This document shows positions 50,839 to 59,403 of a stretch of 64,000 nucleotides of DNA, one piece after another (position 1 is the stretch's first letter; each line of letters opens with the position of its first letter). A program made the position numbers and the translations under genes. Source of the DNA: Planctomycetota bacterium (GTDB taxonomy: Bacteria > Planctomycetota > UBA1135 > GCA-002686595); the NCBI GenBank assembly GCA_028823395.1, contig JAPKBO010000001.1, positions 4,920-68,919 on the forward strand, in the 5' to 3' direction. Below the pieces are notes generated by a model. It saw only the letters and a program-made list of their open reading frames with translations. It was not told the DNA's origin and searched no databases.

Positions 50839-50966
50839 GGGATCAGGTGTGCGGGTTGGCGGGCGGGAAGCACCGTGGCTCTCAATCATCGGCCCCTGAA
50901 GGGGAAGACCCCAGATCAATCGGCCTAAATCCCTACGGTCTGGCCGACATCTGAGAATCCGAGCCC

Positions 50967-53078
50967 TCAGGGAGCCTGAATTTCCAGATGACGGTCTCGA
51001 CTCCAGAGATTCCGCGGAGCCGGTGCGGCCCCTTTGGGCCAATCGGGGGTGTAGAGGATCCCCGTGAGATCAGCTCCTCTGCGGACGATCGAACGGTGGA
51101 TCCCGTGGCGCAGATTCTCCGCCTCCGGCACCCAGCCAGCCCACACCAGGACACGGCCAGCCACAACCGTGGCGGATCCAACATCCTCTGGTGCGGCAAC
51201 CTTGGCCGCCGCGAGCAAGTCCGCCAGGGCCAGCCCCCCCCGAGGGGGAGCGTCCGCCACGAGGGCGGCCAGGTCCTCGAGTTGTGCGCGGCCCGGCTTG
51301 CCCCCCGTCTGGGAGAAGTCTTTCCAGCGGTCCCAAGCCGCCGCCCGTTCACCCGGATCGGCCAGGCCCGCCTGCAAGAGATACCGCACCCGATCGGGAG
51401 CAAGACCCTGGCCAAGGCCAACCACGGTGGTCGAAGCGGTCCAGCGCACTAACTCTTCGAGTCCTTGAGCCAGACCACTGCCGTGCCAAGCCTTGCAGCG
51501 CAGGGCCAATTCTGTGGGTCCCCATTCCGCCAGTAACCCCGCGAAGACCTCCGCGCCACGCTCGTGATCCCCCAGACCCACGCACCAGCGTAGATAGGCC
51601 AAGCGGCGTGCCGAAGTTCCTTGAAAGGCCTGCTCGAAGGCCGCGGGTTCCGCGCGCACGGCGATCAGATCCCGCACGTACAAATCCAGTACCCCCTGTT
51701 GTTCGGCCCACTCAAGACTGCGGGGCATACTGAGTGCACCCGGAAGTTCGGAGACCGTCGAGCCCAGAGCACCGAGGGTACGCAGGGCCTGCCACTGCAT
51801 CGGGACCGACTTCGATTCCTCAAGCCACTCCTGACACCGGGTGCGCACGGCTTGCCCCCCGGGCCGCTGCCCCTCCCAGATCACAAGCCGCACCCAGCGA
51901 GAGGCCGAGTCCATGGCTTGGGACTCCTCCAGCAGTGCAGCGGTGAGGAGCGATTTGTGGCTCATAGCCAGGGGCAACTTCGCCACCGTGCGCGCCAGAT
52001 CTTCAAGGTACCGCCTCGTTGCCAGTTCCCCACGGCTCACATCCGGTCCCCCCTCAAGGACTAGCCGGGAGAGTCGCGCGCCGTCCAACAAGCTGGGCGC
52101 AAATCGCCCACCGCGCGCAGCAACCAGGAGTCCTTCCAGGGCGGAACCGTCCCCACTGAGCCAGCGCTCCTCCAACCAGCCCGTAGCCGCGGGCCACCCC
52201 AGAGCCCCGAGGGCCCGGGCCGAGGCGACGTTCCAAGCCAAGTCATGCGGCCGGAGAACTCCGCGGCACCAATCCAGCACGTGATCCGCTGCTGTGGCTG
52301 ATTGACGGCGCTTCTTGTGAATGAGCAGAAACGGTTGGGTCCCAGCCGAACTTGCCTCCTCAGTCCCGCGCCAGCCGAAGACGCTGCCGCTCACTCCGTA
52401 GGTCTCCATCGTCCCACGCAGCCCCTGGACCCAGGTGCCTTTGATGGGACCGAGATCTGGAACGCGTCGCGATCCGGCACGGGGAGCTTGGCGCGCCAGA
52501 TCTCCCGCCACGCCGGGATCCAGACTGGGATCGAGAACTAGGGGCATGGGGCCCTGGCCCCAGCGTCCAACACGATCCACGACCGAATGCAGCCCTCCCC
52601 GCTTCGGTTCCAAGAGGTAGCCCCCCCACCCTGTGTTCAGTGCTGGAGGCCAGGTGCCCTCCTTGAGTGGATGGTCCAATGCGGCGGCACTCCAAACCGT
52701 CAGGAGTTCCTCAAGGGCGCTCTGTCCGAGCTCTGCAATCTCCTTGCGTGGGTCCGTCAGAAGCAGCACGCACAATTCCATGTGTCGCCCATCGGCGGAG
52801 AGGGCACGAATCAGGCGTCCCTGCACTTCGCTCCCCCCCCCGAGAGCTGCTCGTGCAAGGTCGGGCAAGTGTGCGGAGGTGAGATGGGTGGCAAGCCAGC
52901 GCTCGGCCCGCCAGCGGTCAGCCGCCTGCTCGGAGGTCAAACCGGCCAAGTGGCTCTCGACGTCATCCATCCCATGGGCCTCCGCGGCCGGGGCCAGGAG
53001 CCCAGCCATCACCAACCAAGGCCCCAGGAGTTGAGCCGGAGGCCGCCAGGTGACGATCGAGAAGCAGGGACCTTGCAC
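50967..53078 (-). CDS. secreted or periplasmic alpha-helical (HEAT/ARM-like) repeat protein, function unknown
   Basis: N-terminal signal-like LLGPWLVMAGLLAPAAEA. Leu/Ala/Arg-rich helical repeats throughout. No catalytic motif. Confidence 0.55.
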   Translation of the reverse strand: MQGPCFSIVTWRPPAQLLGPWLVMAGLLAPAAEAHGMDDVESHLAGLTSEQAADRWRAERWLATHLTSAHLPDLARAALGGGSEVQGRLIRALSADGRHMELCVLLLTDPRKEIAELGQSALEELLTVWSAAALDHPLKEGTWPPALNTGWGGYLLEPKRGGLHSVVDRVGRWGQGPMPLVLDPSLDPGVAGDLARQAPRAGSRRVPDLGPIKGTWVQGLRGTMETYGVSGSVFGWRGTEEASSAGTQPFLLIHKKRRQSATAADHVLDWCRGVLRPHDLAWNVASARALGALGWPAATGWLEERWLSGDGSALEGLLVAARGGRFAPSLLDGARLSRLVLEGGPDVSRGELATRRYLEDLARTVAKLPLAMSHKSLLTAALLEESQAMDSASRWVRLVIWEGQRPGGQAVRTRCQEWLEESKSVPMQWQALRTLGALGSTVSELPGALSMPRSLEWAEQQGVLDLYVRDLIAVRAEPAAFEQAFQGTSARRLAYLRWCVGLGDHERGAEVFAGLLAEWGPTELALRCKAWHGSGLAQGLEELVRWTASTTVVGLGQGLAPDRVRYLLQAGLADPGERAAAWDRWKDFSQTGGKPGRAQLEDLAALVADAPPRGGLALADLLAAAKVAAPEDVGSATVVAGRVLVWAGWVPEAENLRHGIHRSIVRRGADLTGILYTPDWPKGAAPAPRNLWSRDRHLEIQAP

Positions 53079-53168
53079 GGGGGTATCCTACGCTGCCCGA
53101 GGACTCTCACCCCCTAGAGATCCCAACCGCCCGTCAGGCCCCGCTCGATCTTCACCCACTGAAGCACC

Positions 53169-53187
53169 ACCCGGGGAAACCCCGGGT
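53169..53187. promoter_or_regulatory. perfect 8-bp inverted repeat ACCCGGGG-AAA-CCCCGGGT, 22 nt upstream of accC
   Basis: Read directly. Either a 5'-UTR hairpin or a protein operator; function is unassigned. Confidence 0.3.
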
Positions 53188-53209
53188 TCGAGACGGTAGG
53201 CTGGGGGCT

Positions 53210-54595
53210 ATGTTCCGTCGCCTCCTCATCGCCAACCGCGGCGAAGTCGCTGTCCGCATCGCTCGCGCGGCTCGCGACCTGGGAGTGGTCCCCATCGGGG
53301 TCCATTCCCAAGCCGATGCTCGCGCGTCGTGGCTCGAAGTTTTCGAGGAGTCCGTTTGCATCGGAACGGGTCCGCCCGAGAAGAGCTACTTGCGAGCTTC
53401 CGCACTGGTGCAGGCAGCACTGCAAACCGGTTGCAGCGCAGTTCATCCAGGCTGGGGCTTCTTGGCCGAAAACGCACGCTTCGCTGCCCTGTGTGCCCAG
53501 CACGGTCTGACCTTCGTGGGCCCGCGGCCCGCAGTGATGGATCGCATGGGCCTCAAGTGGCCCGCCAAGCGTGCCATGGCCGCCGTCGGTCTCATGGGGA
53601 TTCCCGGTTCGGAGGGCATCCTTGCGGATGCAGATCAGGCAGCCCGGGTAGCGAGCGAGGTCGGCTATCCCGTGCTGCTGAAGGCGGACGCTGGAGGTGG
53701 TGGACGCGGCATGCGCCTCTGCAAGGATGAGCCCACCCTGCGCACGGCCTTCGTCGAGGCCCAGACCGAAGCGCGCGCGGCTTTCGGCAACGACGACCTG
53801 TATTTGGAGGCCTACGTGTCCGGGGGCAGGCACGTGGAGGTTCAAGTGCTAGCGGACGCCAGTGGAGCAGCTATTCATCTGGGCGAGCGTGAGTGCTCCA
53901 TCCAACGCAATCACCAGAAATTGATCGAGGAGAGCCCGAGCCCGGTACTCTCCCCATCAGAGCGGGCCGAAATTGGGCTCGCCGCGGCAACCGCATCCGC
54001 ACAGGTGGGATATTGCGGTGCCGGCACCATCGAATTCCTGCGACTGCCCACCACCGGACAGTTGTGCTTCATGGAAATGAACACGCGCCTGCAGGTCGAG
54101 CATCCCGTTTCGGAGTTCGTCTCGGGCATCGATATTGTGCAAGCCCAGCTGCGGCTGGCCGCCAACCAACCCCTGGGGCTAACCCAGGATCAGGTTCAGC
54201 TGAGCGGGCACTCCATTGAGTGCCGCATCAACGCCGAAGACGTCCATCGCAACTTCCAACCCACGCCCGGCAAGGTGCGCGTCTTCGATTTGCCCACAGC
54301 CGGGGGCCCGGGCCAAGTGCGAGTGGACACCCACCTGCGGGCGGGAGACGAGGTCCCGCCCTATTACGATTCCCTGCTAGCGAAGGTGATCGTGCACGCC
54401 GAGACCCGCGATTTGGCCATTGAGACCATGCAGCGCGCACTCTCCGACGCCCGGGTGGAGGGCGTCTCCACCACCCTTCCCCTTCACCTGGCTGTCCTCG
54501 CCAGCCCGGAGTTCGCAAGCGGCGAATACGACACGAGCTCTCTGCCCTTCGACCCGGCCAACCTGGAAGCGCCTGGATCCTCTGACACCGACTGA
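53210..54595 (+). CDS. accC: biotin carboxylase subunit of an acyl-CoA carboxylase
   Basis: MFRRLLIANRGEVAVRIARAARDLG, GYPVLLKADAGGGGRGMR, ECSIQRNHQKLIEESPS and EMNTRLQVEHPV. Confidence 0.9.
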   Translation: MFRRLLIANRGEVAVRIARAARDLGVVPIGVHSQADARASWLEVFEESVCIGTGPPEKSYLRASALVQAALQTGCSAVHPGWGFLAENARFAALCAQHGLTFVGPRPAVMDRMGLKWPAKRAMAAVGLMGIPGSEGILADADQAARVASEVGYPVLLKADAGGGGRGMRLCKDEPTLRTAFVEAQTEARAAFGNDDLYLEAYVSGGRHVEVQVLADASGAAIHLGERECSIQRNHQKLIEESPSPVLSPSERAEIGLAAATASAQVGYCGAGTIEFLRLPTTGQLCFMEMNTRLQVEHPVSEFVSGIDIVQAQLRLAANQPLGLTQDQVQLSGHSIECRINAEDVHRNFQPTPGKVRVFDLPTAGGPGQVRVDTHLRAGDEVPPYYDSLLAKVIVHAETRDLAIETMQRALSDARVEGVSTTLPLHLAVLASPEFASGEYDTSSLPFDPANLEAPGSSDTD

Positions 54596-54601
54596 ACAAC
54601 C

Positions 54602-56329
54602 ATGGCCCACGTCCCCCTACAAGAGATCGGAAGCGAGCGCGATAAGGCCCTCGACAAGCAAGCCTTTGCGGCCAATGAACAGACGTTGCAGGGGCGCGAA
54701 GACGACCTTGCCGCACTCCGCGCGAAGGTGGCCGAAGGCTGGGGCAACAAGTACCGCGAGCGCGTTCACGCCAAGGGTAAGCTCACCGCGCGTGAACGCA
54801 TCGATCTCCTACGCGATCCGGACTCGCGCCTCTTCGAAGTGGGAACGTTTGTGAACCACGAGCGCTCCTTTGGCAAGCTGCACGCTCCAGGAGCTGGGGT
54901 AATTACCGCCTTCTGCGAGGTCCATGATCGCTGGACGATGGTCATCGCGAACGACAACACCGTGGCCTCGGGATCCTGGTGGCCACTCACTCCGGAGAAG
55001 ATCCAACGGGCACAGGAAATGGCAAGGCGCCTGAGCCTGCCCGTGGTCTACCTGGTGGATTGCTCGGGCCTATTCCTGCCGGAGCAATCGCGCTCCTTCC
55101 CGGGCCGCACCGGTGCCGGCCACATCTTCAAGAAGAACGCGGAGTTGGCTGCCGCCGGTGTACCTCAGATCGCGGGAGTGTTTGGCGACTGCATTGCCGG
55201 CGGCGGCTACATGCCCATCATCTCCGACCGGGTCTACATGACCGAGCAGGCCTACATGGTCATTGCCGGCGCAGCACTGATCAAGGGCGCCAAGAGCCAG
55301 CACCTCTCGAGTCTGGACATCGGCGGGCCTGAGGTGCACGTCCACCAATCGGGTTGTGCGGACGTACGCGTCCCCGATGACCCCTCTGCCATCGCGGCCA
55401 TCCGGGATGAATTGGCCGCCCTACCGAGCAGCGCTTCGGGGTTCTACCGCCATGGAGCCGATGCAGCTGAGCCACACTTCCCAGCCAGTGAGCTAACGGG
55501 GCTCTTCCCCAGCGACCACCGCATGACCTACGACGCGGCCGAGGTCCTCGCCCGCCTAGTGGATCGCAGCCTGTTCTGGGAAATTCTGCCGGATCGGGGC
55601 CGGGAGTTGATGGTGGGCGTAGGCCGAGTGCAAGGCCTCTACATGGGGTTCGTCATCAACCGCCAAGGCCTCATTGACGACCCCGAGCATCACGGTGCCA
55701 AGAAACCTGGAGGCATCCTCTACAAAGAGGGCATAGCCAAGATGGCCGCCTTCAGTCGCGCCTGCAATGACGACGGGATCCCCTTGGTCTGGCTACAGGA
55801 CGTCTCAGGATTTGACATCGGCGTCGAGGCCGAACGCCTGGGCCTTTTGGGCTACGGCTCGAGCCTGATCTACACAAACAGCACCAACCAAACCCCCATG
55901 TTCACGATGCTCCTCAGGAAAGCCTCGGGCGCGGGCTACTACGCCATGGCTGGGCTGCCCTATGAGCCGGTACTCCAAGTGTCGACTCCCATCACCCGCC
56001 AGTCTGTCATGGAAGGGCGTACGCTGGCCATCGCCGCCTTCAACACCAAGCTCGATGATGACTTTGAGATCGCCGTCGAGGACCCCGAGGAGCGCGCCCA
56101 AATAGAGGAGGGCATGCGCGCCACTGAAGAACGCATTGAGGGGGACATGGATCCGTACAAGTCTGCGGCACAGATGGACACGGACGAGATAGTCGGTGTC
56201 AGCGAGCTACGCTCGTGGTTGGAATTGTTCGCCGAGACTAGCTATGCAGCCTGCGGAGTGCGCCGAACGAAGAACCCACGTATTTGGTCATTGCACGACC
56301 TGGCCGCCCTAACGGACTCGCGCACGTGA
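54602..56329 (+). CDS. acyl-CoA carboxylase carboxyltransferase (beta) subunit
   Basis: Duplicated crotonase-like CT domains: [12 protein letters not shown]..., [43 protein letters not shown] and GAGYYAMAG. Substrate (propionyl, methylcrotonyl or acetyl) is not assignable by eye. Confidence 0.85.
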   Translation: MAHVPLQEIGSERDKALDKQAFAANEQTLQGREDDLAALRAKVAEGWGNKYRERVHAKGKLTARERIDLLRDPDSRLFEVGTFVNHERSFGKLHAPGAGVITAFCEVHDRWTMVIANDNTVASGSWWPLTPEKIQRAQEMARRLSLPVVYLVDCSGLFLPEQSRSFPGRTGAGHIFKKNAELAAAGVPQIAGVFGDCIAGGGYMPIISDRVYMTEQAYMVIAGAALIKGAKSQHLSSLDIGGPEVHVHQSGCADVRVPDDPSAIAAIRDELAALPSSASGFYRHGADAAEPHFPASELTGLFPSDHRMTYDAAEVLARLVDRSLFWEILPDRGRELMVGVGRVQGLYMGFVINRQGLIDDPEHHGAKKPGGILYKEGIAKMAAFSRACNDDGIPLVWLQDVSGFDIGVEAERLGLLGYGSSLIYTNSTNQTPMFTMLLRKASGAGYYAMAGLPYEPVLQVSTPITRQSVMEGRTLAIAAFNTKLDDDFEIAVEDPEERAQIEEGMRATEERIEGDMDPYKSAAQMDTDEIVGVSELRSWLELFAETSYAACGVRRTKNPRIWSLHDLAALTDSRT

Positions 56330-56925
56330 GCTCCCCCGAGAACCTAGACGTGATTCCCGTGCAAGTCGGTGAGTCCGTACGCCTGGAGTCGCCCGACGTA
56401 GGCATGTTCACCGGGGCCTTAGAGCAAGGGACGTGGATCGACGAGGGCCAAATCGTCGGCCAGCTGTCGCGCTTGGGACGCACAACTCCACTCCGGGCGC
56501 CCACAGGTTTCGCGGGACCGGGCCGCACCCGCGCCCAGATCGCATCTGCGCCACCCAAACGGGTGCTCGAGCCGGTGGGTTTTGGAACGACTCTCTACGA
56601 ACTGGAGTGGGTACCAAGCGAAGGGCAAGGCCAGGAAGCTCCAGCCGCTCCGGCCCCCACAGAAAAGACCCTCGTAGTCCCTGCCCCCCAGAGTGGCCGC
56701 TTCTACCATCGCTCGGGCCCCGACAGCCCACCCTTTCTCAGCCCGGGCGACGAGCTGCGGGAGGGCACAACCCTGGGGCTGATCGAGGTCATGAAGACCT
56801 TTGCACACGTGTCGTACCACGCAGGAAACGGGCTCCCGGATCGAGCCCGTATGCTGGCCTGGGCGGCCGAGGACGGAGCCGAGGTGCACGAGGGGGCGCC
56901 CCTGCTTGAGTTTGAGCCCTTCTAG
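56326..56925 (+). CDS. biotin carboxyl carrier protein
   Basis: GTG start in a GTGA overlap with the CT stop. C-terminal biotinyl domain with the GLIEVMKTF (E-x-M-K) attachment motif. The N-terminal half resembles a Lys-less lipoyl-like hairpin. Confidence 0.75.
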   Translation: MSSPENLDVIPVQVGESVRLESPDVGMFTGALEQGTWIDEGQIVGQLSRLGRTTPLRAPTGFAGPGRTRAQIASAPPKRVLEPVGFGTTLYELEWVPSEGQGQEAPAAPAPTEKTLVVPAPQSGRFYHRSGPDSPPFLSPGDELREGTTLGLIEVMKTFAHVSYHAGNGLPDRARMLAWAAEDGAEVHEGAPLLEFEPF

Positions 56926-56999
56926 AGCCGAAAGCTGTCCTCAGACCACGATCGTACACCTCCGCGCTCACCCCCCGCAGAACCCTCCGTACTCCCAGC

Positions 57000-58355
57000 A
57001 TGCAAGCCTCCTCCCGACTCCCCCTGGCCCTCTTAGGCGTCGCTCTCCTGCTGGGCATAGCCGGATTGACATGGAAGCTGACGACCCCTGATGCGGTCCC
57101 CATTATGGGTCCGATCGTGCCCGTCACACAGGAGAAGGTTCAGACCAAAACCGAACTTACCGAGACGCCGCTGACGCCCTCCTCCAGTCAGGCTGTGGCG
57201 AAGCCAACGAATTTGACGGTACGCATCATCGCGGAAGATGGGCGCCTCCTGCCGGAGGCGGGCGTCGTCCTCACAGGCCCGGACGGCGAACTGCACAACA
57301 GCGTAGGGACCGCCGACCTGCGCAACTGCCTAAGCGGTGACTGGAGTTTGCTCGTGCGCCTGAAAGGGGTCATCAATCACCGTCAAGAGATTCACGTAGC
57401 AGAGGGCACAACGGAACGGGTAGTTGTGCATATGGCTCGAGTGATTCGCATCACAGGCACGGCAAAAAACATCTTTGGAGAACTGCCAGGTACTTTCCCT
57501 ATCTGGTTCTTGGCCGAGGGCGAAGTTCACCCAACCCAAAGGCAGGGCACCATGAAGCTCGCAGGCTCCGTCATCAACTCGGCTGGCGAATTCCAGGTGG
57601 ATATCCCCAAGCCCGGCTCCTATCACGTTTCCGTTGGCCCCATCGGGGAAGCCGTCATGACCACGGAGGAAGCCGTGCACTTGCATCCTGGCGGTCCCTC
57701 TGAGCTGACTATCGTCATTGGCGGCGGCACAGACCTTGACGTGATCATTGACCCGGTCCCCCTCCGCGTTGCCGAGGGCGGAATTCAACTGCACGCAGCC
57801 CTGATGGTGCGCAGCGACGATCTGAATAAGGGCCGCCAGAAACGAAAGCGGCCCGGATTCCTTACAAGGCAACCGGTCGCTTCGGGCCAAAAGCGCCTAC
57901 GCGACCGTGGAAACCGGGCGACGGACGAACCGGATGCCACGACGGAAGGATCCAAGCCAACCACGCCCAAGGTAATTCTCGGACCGGGCAAGGCTCTACC
58001 GGGCGGCGCTGGGCGCAGAGAGAAGAACGGTCCGGGGCCCGACTCCATCAAGGATGAGACACCCCAATGGCAGGAGTTCCGCAAGGTCGTCATCGACTCC
58101 GAGGGTCGTTGTGATTTTGGCGTTCTACCGACCGGCCTGGAGATGCGCCTAGCCATCACCCGTCCGCGGGATCGCTACGAGTCCACCCAACCGTTCCAGT
58201 TGCAGCCCAACGCCCGAACAACCGTGACCGTGCAGGTTCCAGGCGTGCGCGCACACAACCTCGTCAAGGCCCAACCGATCGCCGAGTTGCCCACCCTCGT
58301 GGACGTCACCTTTCCGACAGGTGACGACCTAAAACCCGGTTTCACCTGGGAGTAG
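57000..58355 (+). CDS. membrane-anchored protein with carboxypeptidase-regulatory-like beta-sandwich(es) and a basic low-complexity linker
   Basis: TM LPLALLGVALLLGIAGL. LTVRIIAEDGRLLPEAGVVLTGPDG. Lys/Arg-rich linker KGRQKRKRPGF... Confidence 0.55.
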   Translation: MQASSRLPLALLGVALLLGIAGLTWKLTTPDAVPIMGPIVPVTQEKVQTKTELTETPLTPSSSQAVAKPTNLTVRIIAEDGRLLPEAGVVLTGPDGELHNSVGTADLRNCLSGDWSLLVRLKGVINHRQEIHVAEGTTERVVVHMARVIRITGTAKNIFGELPGTFPIWFLAEGEVHPTQRQGTMKLAGSVINSAGEFQVDIPKPGSYHVSVGPIGEAVMTTEEAVHLHPGGPSELTIVIGGGTDLDVIIDPVPLRVAEGGIQLHAALMVRSDDLNKGRQKRKRPGFLTRQPVASGQKRLRDRGNRATDEPDATTEGSKPTTPKVILGPGKALPGGAGRREKNGPGPDSIKDETPQWQEFRKVVIDSEGRCDFGVLPTGLEMRLAITRPRDRYESTQPFQLQPNARTTVTVQVPGVRAHNLVKAQPIAELPTLVDVTFPTGDDLKPGFTWE

Positions 58356-58359
58356 TGGC

Positions 58360-59016
58360 ATGCGACGCGCTCAGAAGGCCACGCGTATCCAGGAGATCCT
58401 CGACGAGTTGATCCCTGAGACACCGATCCCCTTGACCCACAAGGATCCGTTCACGCTCCTGATTGCCGTCTTGCTCTCGGCCCAGACCACTGACGCACGA
58501 GTGAACGAGGTCACCCCTGCACTATTCCGTGCCGGTGGAACACCTGCACGGATGGCACAACTCGAGGAGGGGGAAATCCTCGGACACATCCGTCGCATCG
58601 GCCTAGCGCCCACCAAAGCGCGCAACGTAAGGCGCCTCGCACAACAACTCTTGGACGAACACGCAGGCGATGTACCGGAGAGCTTCGAAGAGTTGGAGGC
58701 CCTACCTGGTGTCGGTCACAAGACGGCTTCGGTGGTCATGGCTCAGTCATTCGGCGTACCGGCCTTCCCCGTCGATACGCATATTCACCGCCTAGCTGCA
58801 CGCTGGGGACTGAGCCGCGGTACAACGGTCGAGCGCACCGAAGCGGATCTCAAGAAAGTCTTCCCCGAAGCGGCCTGGAACAAGCTACACCTGCAGATCA
58901 TCTACTTCGGGCGGCAGTACTGCCGGGCACGGGCCCATGACCTGCGTGGCTGTCCTATCTGCTCTTGGGCTGCCACCCAACGTCGAATCATGGCAGAATC
59001 CGGACCGGGTCGCTGA
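58360..59016 (+). CDS. nth: endonuclease III (HhH-GPD glycosylase/lyase) with a non-canonical Cys set
   Basis: LLIAVLLSAQTTDARVN, HhH LPGVGHKTASVV (catalytic Lys), VDTHIHR (Asp). C-terminal C-x9-C-x2-C with only three Cys in the whole protein. Confidence 0.85.
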   Translation: MRRAQKATRIQEILDELIPETPIPLTHKDPFTLLIAVLLSAQTTDARVNEVTPALFRAGGTPARMAQLEEGEILGHIRRIGLAPTKARNVRRLAQQLLDEHAGDVPESFEELEALPGVGHKTASVVMAQSFGVPAFPVDTHIHRLAARWGLSRGTTVERTEADLKKVFPEAAWNKLHLQIIYFGRQYCRARAHDLRGCPICSWAATQRRIMAESGPGR

Positions 59017-59053
59017 GCGCCCCCCCTACCCCTACTCCTACCCCTACCGACAC

Positions 59054-59383
59054 ATGCCTACCGATCCAGACGCTGCAGAATTTGCCCTCGCGGCCGATGC
59101 GTGCCTGGAACGCGTCTCCTCCTGGCTTGAGGGTTTCGATCCCGACGAGGTCGATTACATGACCGCAGACGGAGTATTGAAAATCGAGTTCCCCGACGGA
59201 GTCGCGTTCGTCTTGAACCGCCAATCTGCCGCGCAACAAGTATGGTTCGCTGCGGGAGCCAGGGCCTGGCACTTTGAGCGAGAGCCGAATGGCTCTTGGC
59301 TCTCCACCAAGAGCGGCGAGGATCTCATGCAAAGTATCGCCGAGGCCGTTGGGGGCAAGCTCGGGCGACAAGTCGAGTTGTAG
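59054..59383 (+). CDS. cyaY: frataxin-like iron-binding protein CyaY
   Basis: EFALAADACLERV...DGVLKIEFPDGVAFVLNRQSAAQQVWFAAGARAWHF...W, the CyaY pattern. Start trimmed to MPTDPD. Confidence 0.8.
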   Translation: MPTDPDAAEFALAADACLERVSSWLEGFDPDEVDYMTADGVLKIEFPDGVAFVLNRQSAAQQVWFAAGARAWHFEREPNGSWLSTKSGEDLMQSIAEAVGGKLGRQVEL

Positions 59384-59403
59384 GGCAGAGCCCAGAATAT
59401 GGG

